Positions 30,398 through 39,946 of a DNA stretch of 64,000 nucleotides are shown in pieces. The stretch comes from Candidatus Nezhaarchaeales archaeon (GTDB lineage: Archaea; Thermoproteota; Methanomethylicia; Nezhaarchaeales; WYZ-LMO8). The notes beneath the pieces were generated by a model. That model saw only the letters and a program-made list of their open reading frames with translations. It had not been told where the DNA came from and did not search any database. The translations under genes were made by a program, and so were the position numbers. How positions within the stretch are numbered: position 1 is the first letter of the stretch; each line of letters opens with the position of its first letter. The DNA is taken from assembly GCA_038887515.1 (NCBI GenBank), contig JAWAKK010000001.1, positions 128,001-192,000 of the forward strand, written 5' to 3'.

Positions 30398-30848
30398 GCC
30401 GCTTGTAGCAGTAATTGCAGGAAGCAGATCTGACGAAAAGATAGTTGAAGAGGTTGTCTCCACCTTGAATGAGCTTGGCGTCGAATACGAGGTTCAATAT
30501 CTCTCAGCACACAGGAATCATCCTCAACTTGAAGAATATGTCAAGAAGAGCGAGGCAAAGGTCTTTATAGCAATAGCTGGAATGGCAGCTCACCTCCCCG
30601 GTGTCGTAGCCTCAATAACTAACAAGCCCGTGGTAGGAGTTCCAGTAAGCGGTAAGCTCTTAGGCTTAGACTCGCTTCTATCAATGGTTCAAATGCCTAG
30701 AGGCTTCCCTGTAGCCACCGTTGGCATAGACATGGGGTCTAATGCGGCTGTGCTTGCAGCTGAAATATTAGCATTAAGCGACGAGGAGCTGTCTCAACGA
30801 TTGAAGAAGTGGAAAAAAGAAAAGTTCGGCTGGATTGAGCCCCAATAA
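30390..30848 (+). CDS. purE: AIR carboxylase / N5-CAIR mutase
   Basis: GSRSD, SAHR, AGMAAHLPG, SMVQMP.GFPVATV. Confidence 0.95.
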   Translation: MVRPLVAVIAGSRSDEKIVEEVVSTLNELGVEYEVQYLSAHRNHPQLEEYVKKSEAKVFIAIAGMAAHLPGVVASITNKPVVGVPVSGKLLGLDSLLSMVQMPRGFPVATVGIDMGSNAAVLAAEILALSDEELSQRLKKWKKEKFGWIEPQ

Positions 30849-31051
30849 GGAGAACCTACGCGTACTGCTCTCAACGTTTAGGATAAAGCTTGTCAGTCGA
30901 ACGGTAAGAGAACTTGACATCGACTTTACAGTGAAGAACGTCTACCATGCTTAATGAAAGTAGATACGCTTGCGTATTAGGGACTCCATTAAGGCTTCAC
31001 AAAAACCATAAAGCTTTGCTAAAACCTGAGCTACGTAGAAGGGGTAGAACT

Positions 31052-32128
31052 ATGTCATGGAGTTATAGTAAGGCTGGCGTCGACTTGGATAGAGTAAAGA
31101 GGGCACATAAGTCAATAAAAGAGATTATAGAAGTAACGTACAATTTTAGACGGGGGCTTTTTGGAAGGGTTATAAGTGGAGCAGGCCACTATGCAGCATT
31201 GATAGACATAGGTGGAGGCAAGGTACTAGCTCTTCATGCTGACGGTGTTGGTACTAAAGTATTGATAGCTCAGTTAATGAACAGGTACGACACTATTGGT
31301 ATAGACTGCGTAGCTATGAATGTAAACGACTTAGTATGCGTTGGGGCGGAGCCAGTAGCCATGGTAGATTATATTGCAATGGAGAGAAGCGATGAAGACA
31401 TGGTGGCTGAAATAATGAGGGGGTTAGTGAGAGGAGCGGAGATGGCTGGTATAGCAATTGTGGGCGGCGAAACTGCGGTAATGCCAGGTGTCATAAAAGG
31501 TGTCGTCGAAGGGAAGGGCTTCGACTTGGCTGGTTTAAGCGTAGGAGTCGTTGACGTGGACAAAATAATTATGGGGGATAAGGTCCAGCTTGGGGACGTA
31601 GTAGTAGGGGTTAGAAGTTCAGGGATACACAGTAACGGCTTGACTCTGGCTAGGAAGGTCTTACTTGAATACGCCGGCTTTACGGTTCACAGCTATGTAG
31701 ATGAACTGCATTGCACCATAGGCGAAGAACTTCTAAAGCCTACGCTCATTTACGTAAAGCCGGTACTCGAAATGTTACAAAAAGGTGTAGAGATCCACGG
31801 AATAGCGCATATAACCGGGGGCTCCTTTACTAAACTCCTAAGAATAGCTCCAAAGGGACTTGGATTTAGGCTCGATAACATGCCTCAACCTCAAGCAGTA
31901 TTTAACTTAATACAGAGACTCGGTAAGATATCTAGTTGGGAGATGTATAGGACTTTCAATATGGGCGTCGGCTTTTGCGTTGTGGTTCCTAGAGATGTGG
32001 TCGAAGAAGTTATTAAGACCTTTAAAGTTCACGGATATGAGGCCCAACAAATAGGTTTCGTCATAGATAGGCCGCAAGTAGAAATTGAGTTGAAGGTGGA
32101 TAGACTCGTTTATCAAAAATTAGATTAA
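31052..32128 (+). CDS. purM: AIR synthetase
   Basis: YSKAGVD, DGVGTK, GGETA, SSGIHSNG, HITGG, TFNMGVG; ATG 31052. Confidence 0.96.
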   Translation: MSWSYSKAGVDLDRVKRAHKSIKEIIEVTYNFRRGLFGRVISGAGHYAALIDIGGGKVLALHADGVGTKVLIAQLMNRYDTIGIDCVAMNVNDLVCVGAEPVAMVDYIAMERSDEDMVAEIMRGLVRGAEMAGIAIVGGETAVMPGVIKGVVEGKGFDLAGLSVGVVDVDKIIMGDKVQLGDVVVGVRSSGIHSNGLTLARKVLLEYAGFTVHSYVDELHCTIGEELLKPTLIYVKPVLEMLQKGVEIHGIAHITGGSFTKLLRIAPKGLGFRLDNMPQPQAVFNLIQRLGKISSWEMYRTFNMGVGFCVVVPRDVVEEVIKTFKVHGYEAQQIGFVIDRPQVEIELKVDRLVYQKLD

Positions 32129-32683
32129 CCCTACGGCAGAAGCTATCGAAAGTAGCATTAGTGCTCCAACTATATCACCTATCGCTGTCACTATTGGTAT
32201 TGCTGTGTTGTCAGGATCCCAACCATATTTGAAGGTTACAAAAGCGACTACGATTCCTACTAAAATTGCGGCAGCGGAGATGGAGAGTCCGGTAGATACC
32301 ACGATTATTAATATCTTAAGTGGTTCTATAGCGCTAAGCTCCAGCAGGTATGACGCGGCCATAGCTAAGAATACCAAATAGATCGATGATATTACCGTTA
32401 CAACTATTATGGCAATTGCGTACCTCTCAAGGTAAACGTTTCTCTCGATTTTAGGTCTTACAAGACCTAAATGTAAATACGTTGCTATCTTAGATCCTAT
32501 CATACATCCAATGTTACCAGTCATATCGGATATGCATGGTACTAGAACTAATAGTATCGGAATTGTTAATAGAGTCTCTAGTCTAGCATTCAATATAGCC
32601 CCTGCAAAACTGCTTATGGTGACTGAAGCTAGGATCGAAACCGTTCCTTGCTTTACTATGTCCTTAGCCTTGTAGAACGTCAT
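32120..32683 (-). CDS. MgtE-type integral membrane domain protein (single repeat)
   Basis: GNIG....SKIATYLHLG, DPDN.AIP.VTAIGD. Confidence 0.85.
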   Translation of the reverse strand: MTFYKAKDIVKQGTVSILASVTISSFAGAILNARLETLLTIPILLVLVPCISDMTGNIGCMIGSKIATYLHLGLVRPKIERNVYLERYAIAIIVVTVISSIYLVFLAMAASYLLELSAIEPLKILIIVVSTGLSISAAAILVGIVVAFVTFKYGWDPDNTAIPIVTAIGDIVGALMLLSIASAVGLI

Positions 32684-32684
32684 A

Positions 32685-33260
32685 TTATAACCCCACACTC
32701 ATGAGTATTAGCGCTGCCAGAAATAGGCACGGTATGCTTATTATATCGCCAAGCGTCGTCACGAAGGGGCCCATGATTACATCGGGGTCTAGCCCTCTTT
32801 GATAAACCCTTATGGTCATGACAGTAGTTACAAACATTATTATGAAGTTTGAAATTGTGCCCGCTATTAGCGACAGCAGGAATAGAGTAAGTAGCCCGGC
32901 AGACTTGAAGCCGAAAAGAAGACACATAAAATGGGCTAAGCAACCTATTAGACTTGATAATAAAATGTTCAGCAAGAATGTGCCTACGAGATTTTGAATG
33001 AGGTCCTTTGAAAATTTGAACCTTGGCTCTATAACACCTACATGTAAAGCTGTGCTTAACCTTGAAGCCAGGGTACCGCCTATCGCCCCTCTCATTTGGA
33101 GGAAAGCCGGAACCATTATAAGCATTCCTGGAAGCTCTTCAAGGGACCTTCTCATTAACGCAAGACCTACGCCTGTTACTATGTCGATCGTTAAAACTGC
33201 TATTTGAGTCAATACTCCTTGTCGTATAGTCTCTCTGAACAATGCGGCCACCTTCGTCAC
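32685..33260 (-). CDS. MgtE-type integral membrane domain protein (single repeat)
   Basis: RGAIGG.LASRLSTALHVG, GLDPD...GPFVTTLGD. Confidence 0.85.
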   Translation of the reverse strand: MTKVAALFRETIRQGVLTQIAVLTIDIVTGVGLALMRRSLEELPGMLIMVPAFLQMRGAIGGTLASRLSTALHVGVIEPRFKFSKDLIQNLVGTFLLNILLSSLIGCLAHFMCLLFGFKSAGLLTLFLLSLIAGTISNFIIMFVTTVMTIRVYQRGLDPDVIMGPFVTTLGDIISIPCLFLAALILMSVGL

Positions 33261-33347
33261 GATAAAGTTTAAATCTTATCTTAAGCCCTGAGGTATTACA
33301 TATATATCCTACGCTCGTAGCTGAATCATTGGAGGATTTGATCTAGG

Positions 33348-33917
33348 TTGGAAGAACCTAAGTCTGTCCGTGAACTCCTGATCGAGATAAAGGATGTAAC
33401 AGAGAAGATAGTCGACTTAGCTTTTTCTTCCTTCATGTTTAACTTGGAAGATGTAGCCCACGAGGTGTTGAGACTCGAAGAACGCATAGATGATCTACTA
33501 TACTTACTATACGTAAGGGTGCTAATGGCAGCTGAAACTACTCGTGACGCAGAGAAACTTGCACCACTCCTAGTCATAGCATCAGCTATGGAGAGCATAG
33601 CTGATGCCGCTGGGGATCTGGCAATAATATTTCTTAAAGGATTTAAACTTCATCCAGTCGTTTACGAATCGCTTAAGGAAGTCAAGGAAAGGGTCGCATC
33701 TTTTAAAGTTGGGGAGGGATCAAAGCTTGTCGGTAAAAAGATAGCTGACTTAAGCGAAGAACTAGGTGCACCTATTACCCCACTAATAATTTGCAGAGGT
33801 CAGAGTCGTCTGGTAAATCCTCCAGAAGACTTTGTTATAGAGCCTGGCGATACGATAATTGTTAGAACTAGTAGAGAAGCAGCTGAGAAGTTGGAGAAGG
33901 AGAGTGCTAGGGCTTGA
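33348..33917 (+). CDS. PhoU-like plus TrkA-C (RCK_C) domain protein
   Basis: LIEIKD..E..VDLAF, ESIADAA, SKLVGKKI..L, GDTIIV. Confidence 0.85.
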   Translation: MEEPKSVRELLIEIKDVTEKIVDLAFSSFMFNLEDVAHEVLRLEERIDDLLYLLYVRVLMAAETTRDAEKLAPLLVIASAMESIADAAGDLAIIFLKGFKLHPVVYESLKEVKERVASFKVGEGSKLVGKKIADLSEELGAPITPLIICRGQSRLVNPPEDFVIEPGDTIIVRTSREAAEKLEKESARA

Positions 33918-34495
33918 GCAAAAACTCCTTAACTGAAATCAGAGACATGCTCATAGAACTTAAGAATATAGCTGAGTTCATGGTAGATCTAGCTTATACA
34001 GCGTTGCTAACGAATAGCAGGGAATTGGCCGAAGAAGTTGAGAGACTTGAAGAGTACGTGGACGAACTACATACCCGTTATGAAATGGCGGTTTTAGAGT
34101 TAGCAAAACAGAGCGAGAAGTCCTCTGAATTCCTTGGGGCCCTTAGAGTAGGGCTTGTTGCCGAAGCTTTAGCTGATGCGGCAAGAGACATGGTTGAGCC
34201 TATACTTAGAGGGGAGGAACCTCACGAGATATTCATAGTTGTAATGGGCGAGGCCGAAGAAGCTATTGGTAGAATTAAGGTCGAAGAATATTCGCCGCTT
34301 GTCGGCAAGAGCCTATCGGAGCTTAGAGCTGAAAGCCTGCTCGTATCTGTTATAGCTATGAGAAGAGAAGGAAGGTGGATGTTACACCCAAGCTGTGATG
34401 TCAAGCTCTGTGCAAACGACATCCTTGTAGTTAAGGGAAGGAATGAAGATATTGAAGAATTGAAGAGACTAGCTAAAGGTAAAGTGAGCGATTAA
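33914..34495 (+). CDS. PhoU-like plus TrkA-C (RCK_C) domain protein, paralog 2
   Basis: LIELKN..EFMVDLAY, EALADAA, SPLVGKSL..L, NDILVVKG. Confidence 0.85.
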   Translation: MSKNSLTEIRDMLIELKNIAEFMVDLAYTALLTNSRELAEEVERLEEYVDELHTRYEMAVLELAKQSEKSSEFLGALRVGLVAEALADAARDMVEPILRGEEPHEIFIVVMGEAEEAIGRIKVEEYSPLVGKSLSELRAESLLVSVIAMRREGRWMLHPSCDVKLCANDILVVKGRNEDIEELKRLAKGKVSD

Positions 34496-35157
34496 TGGCC
34501 TTGACGAGTACTGAAGGATACAAGGTACTGCTCAAGCTCCTAGAACATAAAAACATAAAGATTGACGAGCTTTATCCTGCCGAGATAGAGAAATACCTGC
34601 TCTATCTTCACGACCAAAATATTGTACATTTAGATCGGGAAGGCATCCAAGTAGTTGACCCAATAAGCTTGGCTATTGAAACCATTAAGCTAGGCGCAAG
34701 TATAGAAGCAGCATCACGATGGTTAAGCTGGAAAGAATTTGAGAGGTTTTGCGCGGAGGCTTTAATGAACCACAACTTCAAGGTAAAGGCCCCTTTCAGG
34801 TTCAAAGCAAATGATAAAAGATACGAAGTGGACGTGCTAGCTCACAGGGCTAGTATTGTTTTGTGCATTGACTGCAAGCATTGGAAGGTGAAGAAAGGTC
34901 AATGGCACAAAATCAAGTCGGCTGCTCTCAGCCACTTAAATAAGTGCATCAATTTACGTGGACTACCAGATATACTTAGAAGCTTAGGTATTGGATCTGA
35001 CAAGGCGCACGTATTTCCGGTAATAGTTACGTTGATAGATCTCGATCTAAAGACCCCAGTGAGTGGGGTCTTGATTTTACCGATATTCAAGTTTAATTCA
35101 TTCTTGCTTGATCTCGAGAAATATGTTGACGAACTCCCATCAATAAATACTTACTGA
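34495..35157 (+). CDS. PD-(D/E)xK nuclease-fold protein (Mrr/NERD-like) with N-terminal HTH-like region
   Basis: LSWKEFE, EVDVLA..IDCKHW. Confidence 0.75.
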   Translation: MALTSTEGYKVLLKLLEHKNIKIDELYPAEIEKYLLYLHDQNIVHLDREGIQVVDPISLAIETIKLGASIEAASRWLSWKEFERFCAEALMNHNFKVKAPFRFKANDKRYEVDVLAHRASIVLCIDCKHWKVKKGQWHKIKSAALSHLNKCINLRGLPDILRSLGIGSDKAHVFPVIVTLIDLDLKTPVSGVLILPIFKFNSFLLDLEKYVDELPSINTY

Positions 35158-35202
35158 GCAAACTTGATTAGATACCTCTAAGAGACGTTTCACTTAAGCC
35201 GG

Positions 35203-36996
35203 GTGAGGAACACGAAGGGCTCAAGGGCAGGAGTGCTAACGTCTGGATGGCCGAGAACGGCGATAATTTGCCTAGTTGGCTTTGCATCGTCAATACTATC
35301 AGCACTGATGCTTGCGGCTTTAAGGGACCCTGTAGATGCTTTGTACATATTTCTATTAGGAATCGTCGGTATATGGCTCCCCGCCATCGTATTCTCCATA
35401 TTTCAGTCCATCATAATTGGTGGTGGAGTAATGAATTTGAAAAGGGGGCTCAGCAATATATCTGCCCTCATGACTTTCATTTTATTAACCTCAATAATTG
35501 GAACTGTGATTCGATTGTTCGTCGTTACGATATCAACGGAGGAACTCATAATCATCGGAACATCTCTGGCCGCATCGCTTAATGCGCTAGTATATAGGTA
35601 CATGACTGGAAAGAGTTTGGCGATAACTATTTCAGTCTCAACGATATGGCCGATAATATCATTGGTGACGATCTCAATTATACTGGGTGTCAACGTTATT
35701 GATGTAGGGGGCTCAAAGTTACTGCTAGTTTTAGCTCTAATGGCTTTACCAGCTATCGCTCTATCTGAAGGAATCGATAGAGTCAGCGAGAAGTTGGTAG
35801 GTATGTGCTCCAAGAGAGTTTTTAGAGCTTATATAACTAACTGGTTGACAGGCGTTAAGAGAGATCTCGAAGCAGTTTTTAACCATATTGGCACGGACTC
35901 TGAGGTTTCATGTAGCCTTGTATTTGCTCTTGACCAGGAAGGCACACTTAGAGGGATAATATCTGTACCACAAGTACACCCAGGACCTCTTAGAAATATC
36001 GGTAGCAGTTCATTACCATCAGACCTAGTATCGATAATAGAATCAAACCGAAATATTAAGTCCATAGTTTTCCACGGGTTTGCAACACACGCATCCGATA
36101 TAACTTCATCTGAAGACTACAGAGAGTTTTTAGAACATGTGAAGAAGGCTATTGCCAAACCACCAACTTCGACGGTTAACGGCCCGTCAAGTTACTTGAT
36201 AAGGATTGACGTGGGAGGCCGGTCGGTAGGTTGCCAGCTTATTAGAGGGACTCCACTAATCTTTGTTTCAGGTGAGGAGAAAGGAATAGAAGATATCCCC
36301 GAGTCCGTCAGGGCTGCTGTTGAACGAGACATCGAGAAAATTTATGGAGTAAAGCCGATTTTAATAAATGCACATAACTTGTACGAAGAGGAAGTACACT
36401 TAGACCCTGAAAAATTGAAGGAAGGAATATTGAAAGCCGTAGAACTAGCTTTTAAGACTTCTTCTTACGATGCCATAAAGGTTGGGCTAGGTAAAGCTGA
36501 GCAACTGTACTTTAACGAGAATCACGGTATAGGATCTTCCGGTATCCGAGTCTTAGTAACGGAGTTTAAAGGATCGAAGTTTTGTTATGTCGTTATAGAC
36601 GCAAACAATGCTAGTAGAGAGTTTAGGAGCTCTCTTAGGACAGCTTTAAAGTCACTCAGTTTTAGCGACTGTGAGATTTTCACGACAGATAACCATACGA
36701 TAGTTCACTTGAAGGGGGTAAGGTCGAAGAGAGGATATTACGTTCTAGGAGAGAAGGTCAATGTTGAAGATATTTTAGATCATGTAAAAAGGGCTATCAA
36801 GGAAGCCGAAGAAGGACTTTTTGAGGCGAAGGTAGCATACCAAGAAATTAAAGTTAAGGCTCACGTCCTAGGAGATAATGGCTATAGAAGTATAGAAACC
36901 CTAATGGATCAAGCCGTTGAAAGGTTCAAAAACCTAAGCATAATCAGCTATGGCTTAGCCCTGGCCGCTTCATTGTTACTATGCGGATTGACATAA
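35203..36996 (+). CDS. DUF2070-family membrane protein (predicted hydrolase)
   Basis: N-terminal TMs, VHPGP...GSS.LP, H...H, NAHN, DANN and TTDNH motifs, C-terminal TM. Confidence 0.8.
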   Translation: MRNTKGSRAGVLTSGWPRTAIICLVGFASSILSALMLAALRDPVDALYIFLLGIVGIWLPAIVFSIFQSIIIGGGVMNLKRGLSNISALMTFILLTSIIGTVIRLFVVTISTEELIIIGTSLAASLNALVYRYMTGKSLAITISVSTIWPIISLVTISIILGVNVIDVGGSKLLLVLALMALPAIALSEGIDRVSEKLVGMCSKRVFRAYITNWLTGVKRDLEAVFNHIGTDSEVSCSLVFALDQEGTLRGIISVPQVHPGPLRNIGSSSLPSDLVSIIESNRNIKSIVFHGFATHASDITSSEDYREFLEHVKKAIAKPPTSTVNGPSSYLIRIDVGGRSVGCQLIRGTPLIFVSGEEKGIEDIPESVRAAVERDIEKIYGVKPILINAHNLYEEEVHLDPEKLKEGILKAVELAFKTSSYDAIKVGLGKAEQLYFNENHGIGSSGIRVLVTEFKGSKFCYVVIDANNASREFRSSLRTALKSLSFSDCEIFTTDNHTIVHLKGVRSKRGYYVLGEKVNVEDILDHVKRAIKEAEEGLFEAKVAYQEIKVKAHVLGDNGYRSIETLMDQAVERFKNLSIISYGLALAASLLLCGLT

Positions 36997-37087
36997 AAGA
37001 TCCTCAGGTCTATGAATATTGGAATTTAATTTTCTTTAACAATTCAAGCTTCTAATTTTCAATCTTAGTAAATTGATATGGAGGTCG

Positions 37088-37105
37088 CCGAGAAACCTTT
37101 TTAAA
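37088..37105 (+). promoter_or_regulatory. BRE/TATA upstream of the leuA-like gene
   Basis: ccgagaaacctttttaaa. Confidence 0.55.
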
Positions 37106-37154
37106 GGAGTTTTCCTCTGACTGGAAGTATTACTTAGAAGATGATGGTGGTAGG

Positions 37155-38357
37155 ATGGAGTACAAGGAAATGGCTGTAAGCTACTATAACTTCCTCCCCG
37201 AAGTAAGGGAACTTATGGAGCTTCCAAGTCTCGTAATTATACATGACACAACTCTTAGAGAAGGAGAACAAGCAGCAGGCGTGATATATAGACCTGAAGA
37301 TAAGCTCTACATAGCTAAGTTGTTAGATGAAGTAGGTATACAGCAAATCGAGGCTGGTTTCCCGGCCGCATCAAAGGGTGAAAGGGAAGCCTTAAAGCTA
37401 ATAGTTAACGAGGGTCTCAATGCTAAGATATTTGGTTTTGCTCGTGCTGTTAAATCTGATGTAGATGCCGTAGCCGATGTAGGCGCCTACGGCTTAGTCA
37501 TGTCGTTCCCACCATCAGACATACACTTAAAGTATAAGCTCAGGATAAGCCGGGAAGAGTACTACAACAAAGCTATAGAGCTAGTAGAGTACGCTAAGAG
37601 TCGTGGTCTCTACATAACTTTTAGCGCTGAGGACTCTACAAGGGCGGACTTAAACTTCCTAGTGAAGGTTTTCAATGGAATAGTTGAAGCTGGATGTGAT
37701 AGGGTGAGAATAGTCGATACTTTAGGTTGTATACATCCAACGGCGATGAAATTCCTAGTAAAGAAGGTAAAGGAATTATTGAAGAAAAAGGTTCCAATAG
37801 AAGTGCATTGCCACAACGATCATGGTCTCGCCGTAGCCAATACCCTAGCTGCAGTTGAAGCTGGGGCTGAAGTTATCTCAACGTCTGTTTTGGGTATAGG
37901 CGAGAGATGCGGCCTAGCTCCAACGGAAGAGGTAATAATAGCCCTCAAGAACTTATATGGCCTAGGGAACTTCAGAACGGAAAAGTTGTATAAGCTTTGT
38001 AGAGAAGTAGAGAGGATAACTAAGATAACCATACCACCTCATAAGCCGGTTGTAGGTGTCAACGCGTTTGCCCACGCAAGCGGCATACACCAACATGCGG
38101 TGCTCGAAAATCCGATATGCTATGAGCCTTATCCACCGGAAATGGTAGGCCAAATGAGGAGGATAGTGATAGGAAAGCTTTCGGGAAGACACGCTGTAAG
38201 GGCTAAGCTTTTAGAGCTAGGCATTAATGCCACGGACGAAGAAGTATCTAAGATAATTGAGCTGGTAAAGTTGGTCAGCGAAGAAAGGAGGTCTCCTTTA
38301 ACTGATGAAGAGTTCATCGAGATAGTCAACATGGTAAAAGGAGCGAAGGAAAAATAA
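37155..38357 (+). CDS. Isopropylmalate/homocitrate/citramalate synthase family (DRE-TIM), no regulatory domain
   Basis: DTTLREGEQ, IEAGFP, HCHNDHG, GIGERCG, HASGIH. Confidence 0.88.
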   Translation: MEYKEMAVSYYNFLPEVRELMELPSLVIIHDTTLREGEQAAGVIYRPEDKLYIAKLLDEVGIQQIEAGFPAASKGEREALKLIVNEGLNAKIFGFARAVKSDVDAVADVGAYGLVMSFPPSDIHLKYKLRISREEYYNKAIELVEYAKSRGLYITFSAEDSTRADLNFLVKVFNGIVEAGCDRVRIVDTLGCIHPTAMKFLVKKVKELLKKKVPIEVHCHNDHGLAVANTLAAVEAGAEVISTSVLGIGERCGLAPTEEVIIALKNLYGLGNFRTEKLYKLCREVERITKITIPPHKPVVGVNAFAHASGIHQHAVLENPICYEPYPPEMVGQMRRIVIGKLSGRHAVRAKLLELGINATDEEVSKIIELVKLVSEERRSPLTDEEFIEIVNMVKGAKEK

Positions 38358-38365
38358 TTTTTATT

Positions 38366-39385
38366 TTAACAGAACTTCATCAGTGCCTCTTTAACTGCTC
38401 TAGAGAAATCTTTCGTAGTCGCTTTACCGCCTAAATCTGGCGTAACGTTTCTTCTGTCGCTTAGGGCCTTCGTTATGGCATTATCTAAGATATTGGCTGC
38501 TACAGTCTCGCCTAACCATTCTAGCATTATCTTTGCTGAAAGCATAGTTGCGCAGGGGTTTGCAACCCCTTTTCCAGCTATGTCGGGCGCGGATCCATGA
38601 ATAGGTTCAAATATAGCGTATCTATCACCTATGTTTGCCCCCGGAGCTATTCCAAGACTCCCTGTAACAGCAGCGGCCTCATCGGACAATATGTCTCCGA
38701 ACATGTTTGTCGTAACTATCACACTGAACCTTTCAGGTCTTACAACTAGGTTGTAAGCACAAGCGTCTACATACATCTCTTCATATGAGACCTCAGGATA
38801 TTCCTTCGCTACTTCTTTGCATGCCTTAGCGAAAAGACCACACGTCAGACTCATGACATTAGACTTATGAACTATGGTAACGAGTTTTTTAGCCCTCCTT
38901 AGCGCAATTTCGAAAGCTCTTCTAGCTATTCTCTCGCATCCTCTTTTCGTTATAACTCTAAGAGCCACTGCAGCATTACCTTCATCAACAGTGAACTCGT
39001 ACCTCTTATAGAGATCTTCAGTATTCTCCCTGACTATAACGAAATCTATATCATCTCGAAGGCATGGAATTCCTGGGTAGGACTTGAACGGCCTTATATT
39101 AGCGTAAAGGTCTAGCATCATCCTCAACTTAACTATTACATCTGCCGCACTTTCTCCAACAGGTCCTTTTAGCGTCGCGTGCGCTTTCAATATAGCATCT
39201 ATCGTTTCTTGGGGCAAAGCAGTACCCCTCAACTTTAAGCACTCGTCGCCAGCCTCGACGAAGTCGAAAGAAAGGCTTAGCCCCTTAACCGTGTCTTGAA
39301 GGGTCTGCAAGACTTCTATCGTAGCATCGATTACCTCTGGACCTATTCCGTCACCTCTTATAACGGCTATCCTATATGAGCCCAT
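38366..39385 (-). CDS. leuB: 3-isopropylmalate/(homo)isocitrate dehydrogenase
   Basis: GDGIGPEV, VRENTEDLY, HKSNV, NMFGDILSD, FEPIHGSAPDIAGK. Confidence 0.85.
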   Translation of the reverse strand: MGSYRIAVIRGDGIGPEVIDATIEVLQTLQDTVKGLSLSFDFVEAGDECLKLRGTALPQETIDAILKAHATLKGPVGESAADVIVKLRMMLDLYANIRPFKSYPGIPCLRDDIDFVIVRENTEDLYKRYEFTVDEGNAAVALRVITKRGCERIARRAFEIALRRAKKLVTIVHKSNVMSLTCGLFAKACKEVAKEYPEVSYEEMYVDACAYNLVVRPERFSVIVTTNMFGDILSDEAAAVTGSLGIAPGANIGDRYAIFEPIHGSAPDIAGKGVANPCATMLSAKIMLEWLGETVAANILDNAITKALSDRRNVTPDLGGKATTKDFSRAVKEALMKFC

Positions 39386-39435
39386 GGCATCACCTCATGG
39401 ATGCTTAATGCCGTTAGAGAGATGGGAGACCATAG

Positions 39436-39451
39436 CATATAAGGATTTTCC
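39436..39451 (-). promoter_or_regulatory. BRE/TATA upstream of leuB
   Basis: Minus strand ggaaaatccttatatg; RBS gaggtga before the ATG. Confidence 0.55.
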
Positions 39452-39946
39452 AAGAGGTTAAGTTCACCCTCTTTGGACTTACACGGTTCTAATGGCTGCG
39501 AGGATTGGCACGGTGAAATATGTTAAACAAGTTGCTTAGACAGGCTATCTCGTCCACGGACTAATTGACGGCTTCATAAAGTTCACGTCTAAAGAGGATT
39601 ACTATGCACTGTAAACACCGATTTATTAATGACTATACATTACGCAGAAGTTTAAACGTTTTAAGCAAGATGTTTAAAGTAGATGGCGTTTTATAAACAA
39701 TTACCGAAGTATGGTACTGACATCCTTTTTTATGCCGGCGAGCCGCCCATAAGTCCATTGAGTACTGCAAACTTTCGTCTTCACTTCTATCTTCGTTTAT
39801 TATGTCGTTATGATAAAACTATACAAGCTAACCAAACTATATTTTCTTAAAGCACTATAGGTAACCGATTAAGCTCTCCAATGTTGCAACTAGTAAAGGT
39901 TCAAATAGTTATTAATAAAAAACTGTTGAATGTGGTGTCCAGCCAA

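Noticed and set aside
30947-31051. Long N-terminal extension of PurM in the ORF track (similar cases for purP, the CBS gene and the ABC ATPase)
   Set aside because: Longest-ORF artefact; family N-termini and RBS positions favour downstream starts.
39500-39620. cggtgaaat and gcactgtaa resembling cobalamin riboswitch pieces upstream of the ABC ATPase
   Set aside because: The spacing is far too long, and the GGGAA, GCCCCC and B12-box elements are absent.
39709-39736. Possible NikR operator (gtatgg...ttatgc)
   Set aside because: Weak half-sites and wrong spacing relative to GTATGA-N16-TCATAC; expected by chance.
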